Assembly (NCBI GenBank): GCA_000830295.1
Contig: CP010425.1
Location: forward strand, 864,001-928,000
Source: an archaeon GW2011_AR15
GTDB taxonomy: Archaea; Nanobdellota; Nanobdellia; Woesearchaeales; GW2011-AR15
Length of the DNA: 64,000 nt
Reading direction: 5' to 3'
Below, piece after piece: positions 38,068 to 47,109 of this stretch. The number at the start of each line of letters is the position of its first letter. The stretch's first letter is position 1. The notes beneath the pieces are model-generated. The model saw only the letters and a program-made list of their open reading frames with translations. It did no database searches and had not been told where the DNA came from. The position numbers were made by a program, and so were the translations under genes.

Positions 38068-40380
38068 TTAGACTGTGTTGACTCTTAGGTCAGCTAGGTT
38101 TGTTGAAACTACTTCAACTTCGTCGCCTGATAGGTCGTAGTTGTCATAGTCAGCCAAAACATAAGCTGCGCCTTTTGTGTCATCAGCACTGTATCCAGCT
38201 ACTAGCAGAGCGCTCTTTGAACCCCTGTCGTAGAATTTGATCATGCCTTTACCGGCTTCAAATCCTTCTGTGCAGACATCTGGGTCGCCCATCAGTTCAG
38301 CAGCTATTGTGTTAGCACATGGACCGCCAACAACTACCATGTTTTTGTCCATGCTCTCAGCTACTGAATCAAGTACAGCAAGACCTACGCTGAAAGGATT
38401 AACCTGTTCACCGGATCCTGTGCCTGATACGCTGGTTGTTGCGCTTAGTGGTGCAATGAAAACGTTTGCATATACGTCTTCCTCAGGGTATGTTACATAC
38501 AAGTATGAGTTCTTATCGTTGTCATACTCGAACACTAGACCCTTTGTACTTGCGTACATCTGTACATCGTTGTCGTTGTACTCTTTGTTCTCAGAGCTTG
38601 CAATCCAAGCACTTGATAAGTTAGTAGGTGCTGACACGTCGATTTCTGTATCGCTTGAGTCATATGTCAACTGTAGCCTAAACTCGTCATCGGCTGTTTG
38701 CTTGTCTGAATCTTCATCAGGTGAGGTTATGTTAATCGCTGTTGCGTTTATAATCCTCAACTCAGCACCAAGTTCTGTTTCAGCTACATAAGGTGTAGCG
38801 TTGAACCATAGCACATTATCTGCTTCGTTGAAAGCCAGTTGGATTGAACCAAGGCTTCCAAGCACAACAGACTCAAGTGCACCTGCGGTAGCAGTGAATG
38901 CTGCTGATGTAACTTCGTTTCCTGATGTCAGGTCATCGAATGTTGCCTTGTTGTCGTCATCGTCCCATTCTGAGAATTCAAGAATGTGGACTTCTCCGCC
39001 TTCAAGTACAAACCACAGCTTTACATCTGGATCAGCATCAGTATCAACACTGATTGTTCCGTTGAATGTAGCGTTCTGGTTTGCAACTGCCTGCCATAAT
39101 AGTGGTCCACTTGAACTGTCTCCAAGTGCGATTGCACTATCATAGTGCCATTCAAGTACAACTTCCTGTCCCTTCTTGTTGTTGAAGGTAAAGGCTGCTT
39201 CGTCAGCGCTTCTCTCTAGCTTAAACATTTCTGTTTTCTTTGTTGTTCCCTCAAACAGCACTTCCCAGTTTCCGAAAACAGGGTCAATCCATGCTTCGCC
39301 TGGTGCAAAATACTGCATGTAAGGATCAATGTCGTCTTTGTCAGTTGTGTAGACTATTGTTAAGCCTGTGAATGTTCCAGCTGTGTTGTTACCTGTAAGG
39401 GTAACGGCTGAACCATCAATATCTACACTATTCCTTTCAACTTTTCCGCCTGAATTAAGCACAAGCTTATCAGCACCCAAAGTCACTTCACATGTCTTCA
39501 GGTTTGTTGAATAGAATGATGAGATAATACCAACTGTCAGACCACTGACTGCTTCTGTGTCTCCTACATCTATTGTCTTGCTTACGCCGTCCACATTGAT
39601 GACACACTTGTCTTCTGCTTCGTTAACGCTTCCCAGTGTAACAGTGTGGTCGCCGAATCCGATTGGCTCATCCTGTACAAGGTTGTGTGTTGCTGAACCA
39701 GCAAGAAGTGTCATATCTGTGTATGCACCGCTTGTTCCATAGCTTATTGAGGAGATTGTGTACTCTCTTCCCTGTATTGTAAGGGCTTCTCCTTCAAGCT
39801 CTGCTGCAGCTTCATTCAGTGTTGACTCCATTGTCAGCGCATAGCTGTAAACCTGGTTTCCTTTAGGGAAGTACAGGTAATCACCAGCACCGTATTCAAC
39901 ATCATCCACCTTACCAGGTGAATCATATTTGAATGTTGCTGTACTTGCGCTTATTGTCAGTGTCTGCGTATATTTTTTGTCTTTTAATGTTTCATCTGCC
40001 AGTACGTCAGGCAGCTCTGCGTCATCAAAGACAGTCTGCAGTGTAGCAATCTCTTCGTCGTAGTTCATCTTGTTTCCGCTCTGTGAAACCTTGACACCTT
40101 CGCTGATGGTTACTTCACCAGTTGAGGATGTTGTTGTCTCTGTTGCGGATACTGCGGATGCCTGCAATGAAGCAGCTATATCTACAGCTCCTAGAACATC
40201 TGCTGTTGCTGCTGATTCGCCGACAACAATTACTGTGTCGCTTAGCACGCCATTCTGGACGAATGGTGCTGGATAATCAGCCAGGTCAGCTACCGCCAAT
40301 GCGCCCGTAAGCGTTGCTCCGAGCATCAGCGCGCCTGTTCCTAGGGCAGCTATTTTCTTTGCCCAATTTAGTTTTTCCAT
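38068..40380 (-). CDS. S-layer protein
   Basis: KKIAALGTGALMLGATL signal, DLADYPAPF and VIVVGESAATADVLGAVDIA (S-layer N domain). VVVGGPCAN and LLVAGYSADDT (S-layer C domain). Acidic, with several N-x-S/T sites and a GGAGG RBS. Confidence 0.9.
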   Translation of the reverse strand: MEKLNWAKKIAALGTGALMLGATLTGALAVADLADYPAPFVQNGVLSDTVIVVGESAATADVLGAVDIAASLQASAVSATETTTSSTGEVTISEGVKVSQSGNKMNYDEEIATLQTVFDDAELPDVLADETLKDKKYTQTLTISASTATFKYDSPGKVDDVEYGAGDYLYFPKGNQVYSYALTMESTLNEAAAELEGEALTIQGREYTISSISYGTSGAYTDMTLLAGSATHNLVQDEPIGFGDHTVTLGSVNEAEDKCVINVDGVSKTIDVGDTEAVSGLTVGIISSFYSTNLKTCEVTLGADKLVLNSGGKVERNSVDIDGSAVTLTGNNTAGTFTGLTIVYTTDKDDIDPYMQYFAPGEAWIDPVFGNWEVLFEGTTKKTEMFKLERSADEAAFTFNNKKGQEVVLEWHYDSAIALGDSSSGPLLWQAVANQNATFNGTISVDTDADPDVKLWFVLEGGEVHILEFSEWDDDDNKATFDDLTSGNEVTSAAFTATAGALESVVLGSLGSIQLAFNEADNVLWFNATPYVAETELGAELRIINATAINITSPDEDSDKQTADDEFRLQLTYDSSDTEIDVSAPTNLSSAWIASSENKEYNDNDVQMYASTKGLVFEYDNDKNSYLYVTYPEEDVYANVFIAPLSATTSVSGTGSGEQVNPFSVGLAVLDSVAESMDKNMVVVGGPCANTIAAELMGDPDVCTEGFEAGKGMIKFYDRGSKSALLVAGYSADDTKGAAYVLADYDNYDLSGDEVEVVSTNLADLRVNTV

Positions 40381-40717
40381 TTACTTAACACCTCCGTGTT
40401 AATAAGCATTAATCGTGTTCTCTCCTCTTCTCTGCACGTTAAACACTGTCGTCTCTATAAATATGCTCAATTGATGTTTGAATGTTGAGTTTTGTTTATA
40501 AAGTTTTCGCAATTATATGTTTCTTTCGGACCATTTCAAGCATTTCAGAGCCTGAATCCCCCGAAATCAGCCATCTTAGGTTGTGATAACTTTGTAGTGA
40601 CTAAATTTTAAAATCAGTCTTATTTCAAAAAGCTTTATAAACAGGCTTTAAAGACGGATATTCTGTGTTTTTAATACCGGCTATAACTATTTAAACCATT
40701 CCCTATTTAGGTGTGAT

Positions 40718-41377
40718 ATGAGGTTATCTTCTATTGAAAAAAAGATTCACCCTGCATTGTATAATATAATCTCTAAGGACTTTCCCGAACTCAGGCCGGC
40801 ACAGGCAAAAGCCATAGAAGCAGGGCTTTTAGAAAGGAAAAACCTGCTGGTATGCACGCCGACAGCGTCTGGAAAGACCCTTATAGCAGAGCTTGCCATG
40901 ATGCAGGCCATATACAATAATATAGGGAAAGCGGTCTACATAGTCCCCCTGAAGGCGCTGGCATCTGAAAAATATGAATATTTTAAGAACAAGTACAAAG
41001 ATATCAAAGTGGCGCTTTCTATAGGAGATACAGACTCCTCTGACACGTATCTGGAAAGATATGATATAATAATAACAGTATCTGAAAAGCTGGATTCCCT
41101 GATAAGGCATAAAGCACCCTGGCTCCGCTACGTCTCCACAATAATCATAGATGAAATCCATCTTATGAATGATTCCCACAGGGGCCCGACCCTTGAAGTC
41201 GTGATAACTATCCTGAGGAAAGTGCTTAAAAAAGCCCAGTTTATTGCCCTTTCTGCTACAATAGGAAACCCAAAGGAACTTGGGGAGTGGCTGGACGCAG
41301 AAGTTGTTATGGATGACTGGAGACCACTGGAGCTGCATAAGGGGATATATCACGAGGGTTCTGTCAGATTCTATTAA
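40718..41377 (+). CDS. Hel308/Ski2-like helicase, first RecA domain only (truncated or split gene)
   Basis: Q motif LRPAQ, Walker A PTASGKT, PLKALASEK, DEIH, SAT and WRPLEL, then a stop. Motifs IV-VI are not visible in the downstream sequence. Confidence 0.8.
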   Translation: MRLSSIEKKIHPALYNIISKDFPELRPAQAKAIEAGLLERKNLLVCTPTASGKTLIAELAMMQAIYNNIGKAVYIVPLKALASEKYEYFKNKYKDIKVALSIGDTDSSDTYLERYDIIITVSEKLDSLIRHKAPWLRYVSTIIIDEIHLMNDSHRGPTLEVVITILRKVLKKAQFIALSATIGNPKELGEWLDAEVVMDDWRPLELHKGIYHEGSVRFY

Positions 41378-41456
41378 TATAGTAGCTTTAAATATAAGGT
41401 ATTTTTACCCCAAAGTACATATAACCTTGTTTATATATGGAGAGAGGCGGAACAAA

Positions 41457-41996
41457 ATGAAGAAAAAACTTACTCTTGAAGAAAAATTAGGATTTATGAA
41501 AGAATTCTTTGGCGGCAAAGTTCCAGAGTATCTCTGGTATAATCTCGGATCAGCCAGCTCAGGCATATTTAATGACACAGCCATAGCCGGGATAGCAGAC
41601 CAGACCGGGATAAGAGGCCATATAAGCGATCTGATGAAAGTATATGATGTATATCCAAATGACCTCGGAGGAGGAGTTATACCTCTTGGCGTGCCGCAGT
41701 ACAGGCACAAAGAGCCAATGTGGATGCCTCTTGCAAAGCTAATAGGGAAAGAAGATAAGGCACTCCTTGTAAAAGATGCCAAAGAATTGGTTGCGGGGCT
41801 TCAGCTGCCAGACAGGGTTATTGAATTATATGCTGCAACCACAACAGACCATATTGAGTATCCTGCACCTAAAGCAAAGGAGGGGATAGTCCTGAAAGTG
41901 AATTTTGCAAAAATGAAAGCGTATGGCCCTATAAGGCTTGCAAAAGTAGCAGGAGAGTACGGCCTTAATTTCTATACAAGCAGGCACGGGTTTTAA
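41457..41996 (+). CDS. Hypothetical protein (paralog of 42089..42586)
   Basis: Start reassigned to ATG 41457 after a GAGG RBS. Shares LEE..F...FF.GK.P.YLWYN.G, VYP, LGVP.YR.K.P.WM..A.L.GK.D.AL.V and NFA.M.A(Y/W)GP with the next gene. Confidence 0.75.
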   Translation: MKKKLTLEEKLGFMKEFFGGKVPEYLWYNLGSASSGIFNDTAIAGIADQTGIRGHISDLMKVYDVYPNDLGGGVIPLGVPQYRHKEPMWMPLAKLIGKEDKALLVKDAKELVAGLQLPDRVIELYAATTTDHIEYPAPKAKEGIVLKVNFAKMKAYGPIRLAKVAGEYGLNFYTSRHGF

Positions 41997-42029
41997 TTTT
42001 ATTTATTACTTTTCCAGTAGTTAAAAATA
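41991..42029 (+). repeat. Intergenic direct repeat, copy 1 (stop/terminator plus promoter module)
   Basis: TTTTAATTTTATTTATTACTTTTCCAGTAGTTAAAAATA; near-identical to 43656-43693. Confidence 0.6.
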
Positions 42030-42088
42030 AGTAGGTTTAAATTTAACTTATTTTTACCCGGTTCTATACTTACAGAAGGTGAATAAAA

Positions 42089-42586
42089 ATGACAGACATA
42101 AAGATGAGCCTTGAAGAAAGAGCAGCTTTTATAGACCAATTTTTTGACGGAAAAACCCCGGGCTATTTGTGGTACAATATCGGTCCTGTTGAAGAGGGGA
42201 AGTACGATATTACCCCGATACAGGAGCAGACAAAATGCGGAAAAAACTTTGGGGATGTAGAGATACACACAGTTTATCCTGATTTCAGCTTTGAGAATCC
42301 CGTAGAATTAGGTGTTCCAGAATATAGGGAAAAAAAGCCATGGTGGATGAATATTGCCAACCTTGTAGGAAAAGGAGATACCGCCCTAAGGGTAAGAGGG
42401 CCGGGGGAAGTCCCGCTCACACTTGATTTTATCGGAAGGCAGCCTGAACTATATGAAGTTAATGGCAGAATTAAAGAAAAGCACGCAGGTGCAAACTTTG
42501 CCCAGATGATTGCATGGGGTCCTGAAAGCAAAAAGGAGCTGGCAGAATCATTCGGATTTAAATATGACTTACACAATAGCAGGTGA
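42089..42586 (+). CDS. Hypothetical protein (paralog of 41457..41996)
   Basis: RBS AGGTGA; shared motifs as for the previous gene; ends 4 nt before the gap start. Confidence 0.78.
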   Translation: MTDIKMSLEERAAFIDQFFDGKTPGYLWYNIGPVEEGKYDITPIQEQTKCGKNFGDVEIHTVYPDFSFENPVELGVPEYREKKPWWMNIANLVGKGDTALRVRGPGEVPLTLDFIGRQPELYEVNGRIKEKHAGANFAQMIAWGPESKKELAESFGFKYDLHNSR

Positions 42587-42590
42587 AAAA

Positions 42591-43661
42591 ATGCAGAAAA
42601 AAGTCATGATTAATGGGGCTGCAGGAAGGATTGGAAGGGCAGTTACATACGAAATTATGAAGGCAAGAAAGCTTGGAGAGGGGATGCTTGAACCTGCAGT
42701 TCTTAATGATATAGTTGGAATTGACGGGATTGTAGCAAGCCTGTCAGGAAACGACAGCGTTCACGGCAAATTCGACTGGAACATTGCAAAGGTTGACGAC
42801 TTCACAATAGAAATAGACGGGCTAAGAGCACGGGTGTATTCAGGAGTGGACATTAAGACTATCCCTTTTGCGGATTTGGGTGTTGATATTGTAGAGGAGT
42901 GCACAGGCCGCTACGGGGATGATAAGAAAAACCCGGGGATTAGAAAAAGCGAAGATTTCCTTTATGCAGGTGCAAAAAAGGTTGTCCAGTCATATCTGGC
43001 AAAGAGATCCTCTGATGTTGTTCTTGTTATGGGTGCAAACCATGAGATTTATAATCCTGAAAAGCACCATATCATTTCAAACGGCTCATGCACAACAAAA
43101 GCAATTGCAGCACCTTTGCGTGTATTGCTAGATGAAGGGATTAATATTGCAGGACTCTATATGAGCACAGTCCATGCAGCAACAGTTTCCCAAAAGACTT
43201 TAAAAGTGCTTTCCGGCGTCTATACACACACGACAGGGGCTGCACAAGCAACCAGCATACTCTTCCCACAGTTAGAGGGCAGGATGGACGGAATGTCATA
43301 CAGGGTCCCGATTCTTGACGGAAGCATTGCCGAGGTGAACATGGTGGCATGGTATAAAGGCCAGCTTACAGCTGAATCCATAAATGAAGCCATGCTAAAA
43401 GCCGAGAGCAACCCGGCATATGCAGGCAGGATTAGCACACTTAAAAGCAATGATGAAGGCGAGATACAGGTTAAAGAGGACATAGTCGGAAGAACAGAGA
43501 ACGGACTTGTTATCCTGGACGAAACAAGGGCCATGCCAATAGAGGGAGCCAGCAGCGAGAAGGGCAATCTTTATTTCATAAAACTATTATCCGGCTACGA
43601 CAACGAGAGGGGCCCTCCGAAAGATCAGGTTAAGCTTACTGAGTATATTGCACAGTTTTAA
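42591..43661 (+). CDS. gap: Divergent class I (bacterial-type) glyceraldehyde-3-phosphate dehydrogenase family protein
   Basis: INGAAGRIGR, DSVHGKF, VEECTG, VMGANHE, catalytic SNGSCTT, TVHA, TTGAA, RVP and YDNE. Start at ATG 42591 after AGGTGA. Confidence 0.85.
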   Translation: MQKKVMINGAAGRIGRAVTYEIMKARKLGEGMLEPAVLNDIVGIDGIVASLSGNDSVHGKFDWNIAKVDDFTIEIDGLRARVYSGVDIKTIPFADLGVDIVEECTGRYGDDKKNPGIRKSEDFLYAGAKKVVQSYLAKRSSDVVLVMGANHEIYNPEKHHIISNGSCTTKAIAAPLRVLLDEGINIAGLYMSTVHAATVSQKTLKVLSGVYTHTTGAAQATSILFPQLEGRMDGMSYRVPILDGSIAEVNMVAWYKGQLTAESINEAMLKAESNPAYAGRISTLKSNDEGEIQVKEDIVGRTENGLVILDETRAMPIEGASSEKGNLYFIKLLSGYDNERGPPKDQVKLTEYIAQF

Positions 43662-43693
43662 TTTATTTATTACTTAACAGTAGTTAAAAAATA
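43656..43693 (+). repeat. Intergenic direct repeat, copy 2
   Basis: TTTTAATTTATTTATTACTTAACAGTAGTTAAAAAATA, followed by a TTTATATA box. Confidence 0.6.
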
Positions 43694-43740
43694 GAAAGAT
43701 TTATATAGTTACATCTTCTAATTTATTTCAGGTGATAAAG

Positions 43741-44187
43741 ATGAACCTTACTTCAAGACTAAGAAAAGGCGCTGTTATTACAGGACTTGTAGCAATAATC
43801 GGCGGAACAGTGCTTGGAGCATGCGCTCCAATGCAGCCATACCAGTTTGAAGCTGGTGATAGGGTTCAGGTTATTAATGGCAATTTAGCATACGCCCCAT
43901 TTTCAGAAGGAAACAGATATGACCCGCCCGGAGAGGGCAAGACTATAGGGGAATACGCACAGGTCCCTGATGGTGCAACCTGCATGGTAACTGACAGGAT
44001 GCCATATGCAGGAGAAGGCAATGAATTTGAAAGATGGTATAAATTAGACTGCCGTGAAGAAGTTCCTGAAATCGATTTGGCTGGTCTTTGCTTTCATCCT
44101 ATTAAAGGATCTATTAAACCAAGCAATTGCGGCGAAGAGCCGGTTGGATATGCACCTGAAGATAATCTAAGACCAATACAAAAATAA
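43741..44187 (+). CDS. Putative lipoprotein with SH3-like domain
   Basis: Lipobox VLGAC; FEAGDRVQV...VPDGATCMVTD...RWYKLDC...GYAPEDNL resembles an SH3b-type barrel. ATG 43741 follows AGGTGA. Confidence 0.65.
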   Translation: MNLTSRLRKGAVITGLVAIIGGTVLGACAPMQPYQFEAGDRVQVINGNLAYAPFSEGNRYDPPGEGKTIGEYAQVPDGATCMVTDRMPYAGEGNEFERWYKLDCREEVPEIDLAGLCFHPIKGSIKPSNCGEEPVGYAPEDNLRPIQK

Positions 44188-44198
44188 AAGAGGCAAAA

Positions 44199-44525
44199 AT
44201 GACACTAAACGCAAAACTGAAAACTGGCATTTTGGCAGCAGGGCTTGCTGCAACTGTCTTGACAGCATGTAGCGGCCAGGGAGAGAGAATACTTGAAAGA
44301 GAAAGGCAGTCTGGCTTACAGGTTGAAGTCCTTGCTAACAACTATTGTAATGCCCCTCCCAGGCTTCCAGACCAAAACCTATGGTATTATGAAGTCATTG
44401 TGGAAAGAGAGGCAAACGAAAATAATCAGGAGAGATTCTCTGTGATTGCCCTTCAATATGATGGCCGTGATTATTCCTGTACAGGACCATGGCAGGATAT
44501 TGGATATTCACCACAAACACCTTAA
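44199..44525 (+). CDS. Putative small lipoprotein
   Basis: Lipobox VLTAC followed by a short domain with two Cys; GAGG RBS. Confidence 0.65.
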   Translation: MTLNAKLKTGILAAGLAATVLTACSGQGERILERERQSGLQVEVLANNYCNAPPRLPDQNLWYYEVIVEREANENNQERFSVIALQYDGRDYSCTGPWQDIGYSPQTP

Positions 44526-44597
44526 TTTTTCTTTATTTATTCAAAACAATTATATATTAGCGCGTCTTAAGATTCTAAAACAACGTGGGGTGGTAGA

Positions 44598-45050
44598 ATG
44601 TATCTGAATTTAATATCTTTACAGGCAGGCCCTGAGTGGTATGGGCCCTTGGGGATGGGATTCCTCGGCTTTATGCTAGGTTCAATGCTTCTGATGTTTG
44701 CGCTGCTTGTCGGGCTGTATGTGTATACAAGCTTTACTCTGATGAAAGTAGCTGAAAGGCTGAAGACGAAGCCAGCATGGCTGGCATGGGTGCCAATAGG
44801 AAATCTTTATCTGATGTCCAAAATGGCAAAAATGCAGTGGTGGCCTATACTGCTCCTGCTGGCATGGTGGATACCGGTTCTGGGACAGGTGGCATTCCTG
44901 GTGTTTGCAGTTTTCGCATTCATATGGATGTGGAAAATCCTTGAGGCAAGAAAAAGGCCCGGCTGGTGGTCGCTCTTTGCGCTCATACCTATGGTCGGAT
45001 TGATATGGTATCTTGTGATGTGGGGAATACTTGCCTGGTCCAAGAAATAA
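44598..45050 (+). CDS. Membrane protein, DUF5684/DUF805-like
   Basis: AWLAWVPIGNLYL, WWPILLL and KRPGWWSL..LIP repeats. Confidence 0.75.
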   Translation: MYLNLISLQAGPEWYGPLGMGFLGFMLGSMLLMFALLVGLYVYTSFTLMKVAERLKTKPAWLAWVPIGNLYLMSKMAKMQWWPILLLLAWWIPVLGQVAFLVFAVFAFIWMWKILEARKRPGWWSLFALIPMVGLIWYLVMWGILAWSKK

Positions 45051-45087
45051 GCAATTTTATTTTAACTTTATTTTTCTTTAATCTTTC

Positions 45088-46995
45088 TCAGAATTCAAAT
45101 CTTATGACGTCCCTGTAAAGCTTCTCATGGCAAATATGGAGCCTCTCTACAAGCTCATGGCTATTTGAGGCATGCCTTATCTGCCTCAGCATATCTATGA
45201 CCCTTCTTATCAGCCTTATAAGGTCGCCTTCCTCCAGGCTGCTCAGTTCCAGGAGATTCCTGAAATCCGTTCCAGCTGTAAAATCGCCTATTACCCTTAC
45301 CATCCTCTTCACATAGAGCTTATTCAGGTTTTTTGAGACATAGCTTCTTTTAGAAATGACTCTCATTATATGGGCATAAGTCTTATCTATACCTTTCAGC
45401 GAGAAATAGTCTTTTCTTCTCGGCTCGTATATTGCAGCAGCGACCAGTACGTTTATTTCTTCATCAGACAGCTCCTTGTAGATATTATCTGCAAACATTT
45501 CCGTCACGAGAAGCTCGTTTGAATATATCTTTGTGGCAAAAAGCCCCTTGTCAGAAAGGCCCTCTCCCTGGATGTAGCCCATACTTTTCAGTATCTTGAC
45601 TTTGTGGTTGTAAGAAGACATCACCCTTACCTGCCTGTTGCTCTGCTGCCTTCTTATGAAATAATCAAAGTTCATCTTCAGGATAATCTCCCTTTCCTCG
45701 GGAGTGTGGTTGTTTATGAGATTGAGGACAGTGTTGAAGCTGAGCTTGAACTGAGATTGGATAGGGATATCGTCTTTTGTAGAAATTTCTTTTATCTTCT
45801 GGAAATTCGTGTGCACCCTGTCAATCATCACAATTGCATAGCCAATCTTATCTATCCCCCTTCTTCCAGCCCTTCCGGCCAGCTGGAAATACTCCTTTGA
45901 ATTCACATACCTGAATGTAATGCCGTCATACTTTTCAACAGAGGCAAAGCATACTGTCTTCGCAGGCATGTTTATGCCGACAGCAAAAGTTTCTGTGGCA
46001 TAAAGCACTTTTATCAGGCCTTCTGAAAACAGCACTTCAACAAGCTCTTTTGCCTTCGGAAGCACGCCGGCATGATGGAAAGCAATCCCGTGCGACAGCG
46101 CCTGCTTCAGCTTCTGGATGCTTAAGAGAGACCTGTATTCGCTGGAGATGAGCGTGTTAGACATTTCTATTATGTACTTTCTATCTTTGTCGCTGAGGAA
46201 ATTTTTTTTCTTTGCGAGCTCTAATGCCTTATCCTCGCAGTCCTTTCTTGAAAAGCTGAAAAATATGCAGGGCAGCTTGTCTTCTATTTTCCTTATCAGG
46301 TCAATGTGTGATGACTTCTGGATTCCTCTTCCCTTGTTTTTTTTCGCCTGCTGCTTAAGAAATTCAGTCGTTGACCTGTCTTTCATTATATTTTCTATCT
46401 TGGTGACGCCAAGATGGGTATCGTATACAAAGTGTTCAAGCGGCACAGCCCTTTTGCTGTATTTCACCACATCAACCGTATGCTTTTTTATGCTTTCTAT
46501 CCAGTCTGCAAACTCCCGGGCATTTGGTATTGTTGCAGAAAGGCAGAGGAACCTGACATGCTCTGGCGAGAAGATTATTGATTCTTCCCATACTGTGCCC
46601 CTTTCTATATCATTTATGTAGTGGATCTCGTCAAAAATCACATAGGACACATGCTCGATTATAGGGTCCTTCGTAAGAAGCATGTTCCTGTATATTTCTG
46701 TTGTCATTATCAGCACAGGGGCCTCTGCATTGATTACGATGTCGCCGGTCATTATGCCAATATTGCTTTCCCCGTGGTCCCTCTTGAAATCCCTGTACTT
46801 CTGGTTGGAAAGGGCCTTTATAGGAGCAGTGTAGACAATCCTTCGCCTGCCCTGTATATACTTGTCAATTATATAATCTGCAATAAGCGTCTTTCCTGTT
46901 CCGGTTGCAGCAGACACAACAACTGAATGGCCTTTTTCTATTGATTCAATTGATTCAACCTGGAATGGGTCAAGAATAAAATTTTTGAATTTCAT
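45088..46995 (-). CDS. Ski2/HelY-like DExH RNA helicase with DSHCT-like C-terminus
   Basis: LDPFQ, TGTGKT, APIKALSNQKY, DEIHY, SATIPN, FHHAG, ATETFAVGINMPA, QLAGRAGRRG and EGDLIRLIRR. Confidence 0.92.
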   Translation of the reverse strand: MKFKNFILDPFQVESIESIEKGHSVVVSAATGTGKTLIADYIIDKYIQGRRRIVYTAPIKALSNQKYRDFKRDHGESNIGIMTGDIVINAEAPVLIMTTEIYRNMLLTKDPIIEHVSYVIFDEIHYINDIERGTVWEESIIFSPEHVRFLCLSATIPNAREFADWIESIKKHTVDVVKYSKRAVPLEHFVYDTHLGVTKIENIMKDRSTTEFLKQQAKKNKGRGIQKSSHIDLIRKIEDKLPCIFFSFSRKDCEDKALELAKKKNFLSDKDRKYIIEMSNTLISSEYRSLLSIQKLKQALSHGIAFHHAGVLPKAKELVEVLFSEGLIKVLYATETFAVGINMPAKTVCFASVEKYDGITFRYVNSKEYFQLAGRAGRRGIDKIGYAIVMIDRVHTNFQKIKEISTKDDIPIQSQFKLSFNTVLNLINNHTPEEREIILKMNFDYFIRRQQSNRQVRVMSSYNHKVKILKSMGYIQGEGLSDKGLFATKIYSNELLVTEMFADNIYKELSDEEINVLVAAAIYEPRRKDYFSLKGIDKTYAHIMRVISKRSYVSKNLNKLYVKRMVRVIGDFTAGTDFRNLLELSSLEEGDLIRLIRRVIDMLRQIRHASNSHELVERLHICHEKLYRDVIRFEF

Positions 46996-47109
46996 ACAAT
47001 CTAGCCTTTTTTACTTCTTTAAAATAGTTTGCCTTTTTTCAGGCAGCCGGCAGCGAAGGAGATTGCATAAGTTTTAAATAAGCACTCCAATTATCCAGCA
47101 GAGGGGAAA

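Noticed and set aside
41280-41456. Frameshifted continuation of the truncated helicase
   Set aside because: The overlapping frame contains no helicase motifs IV-VI and leads into an unrelated protein with its own RBS and ATG at 41457.
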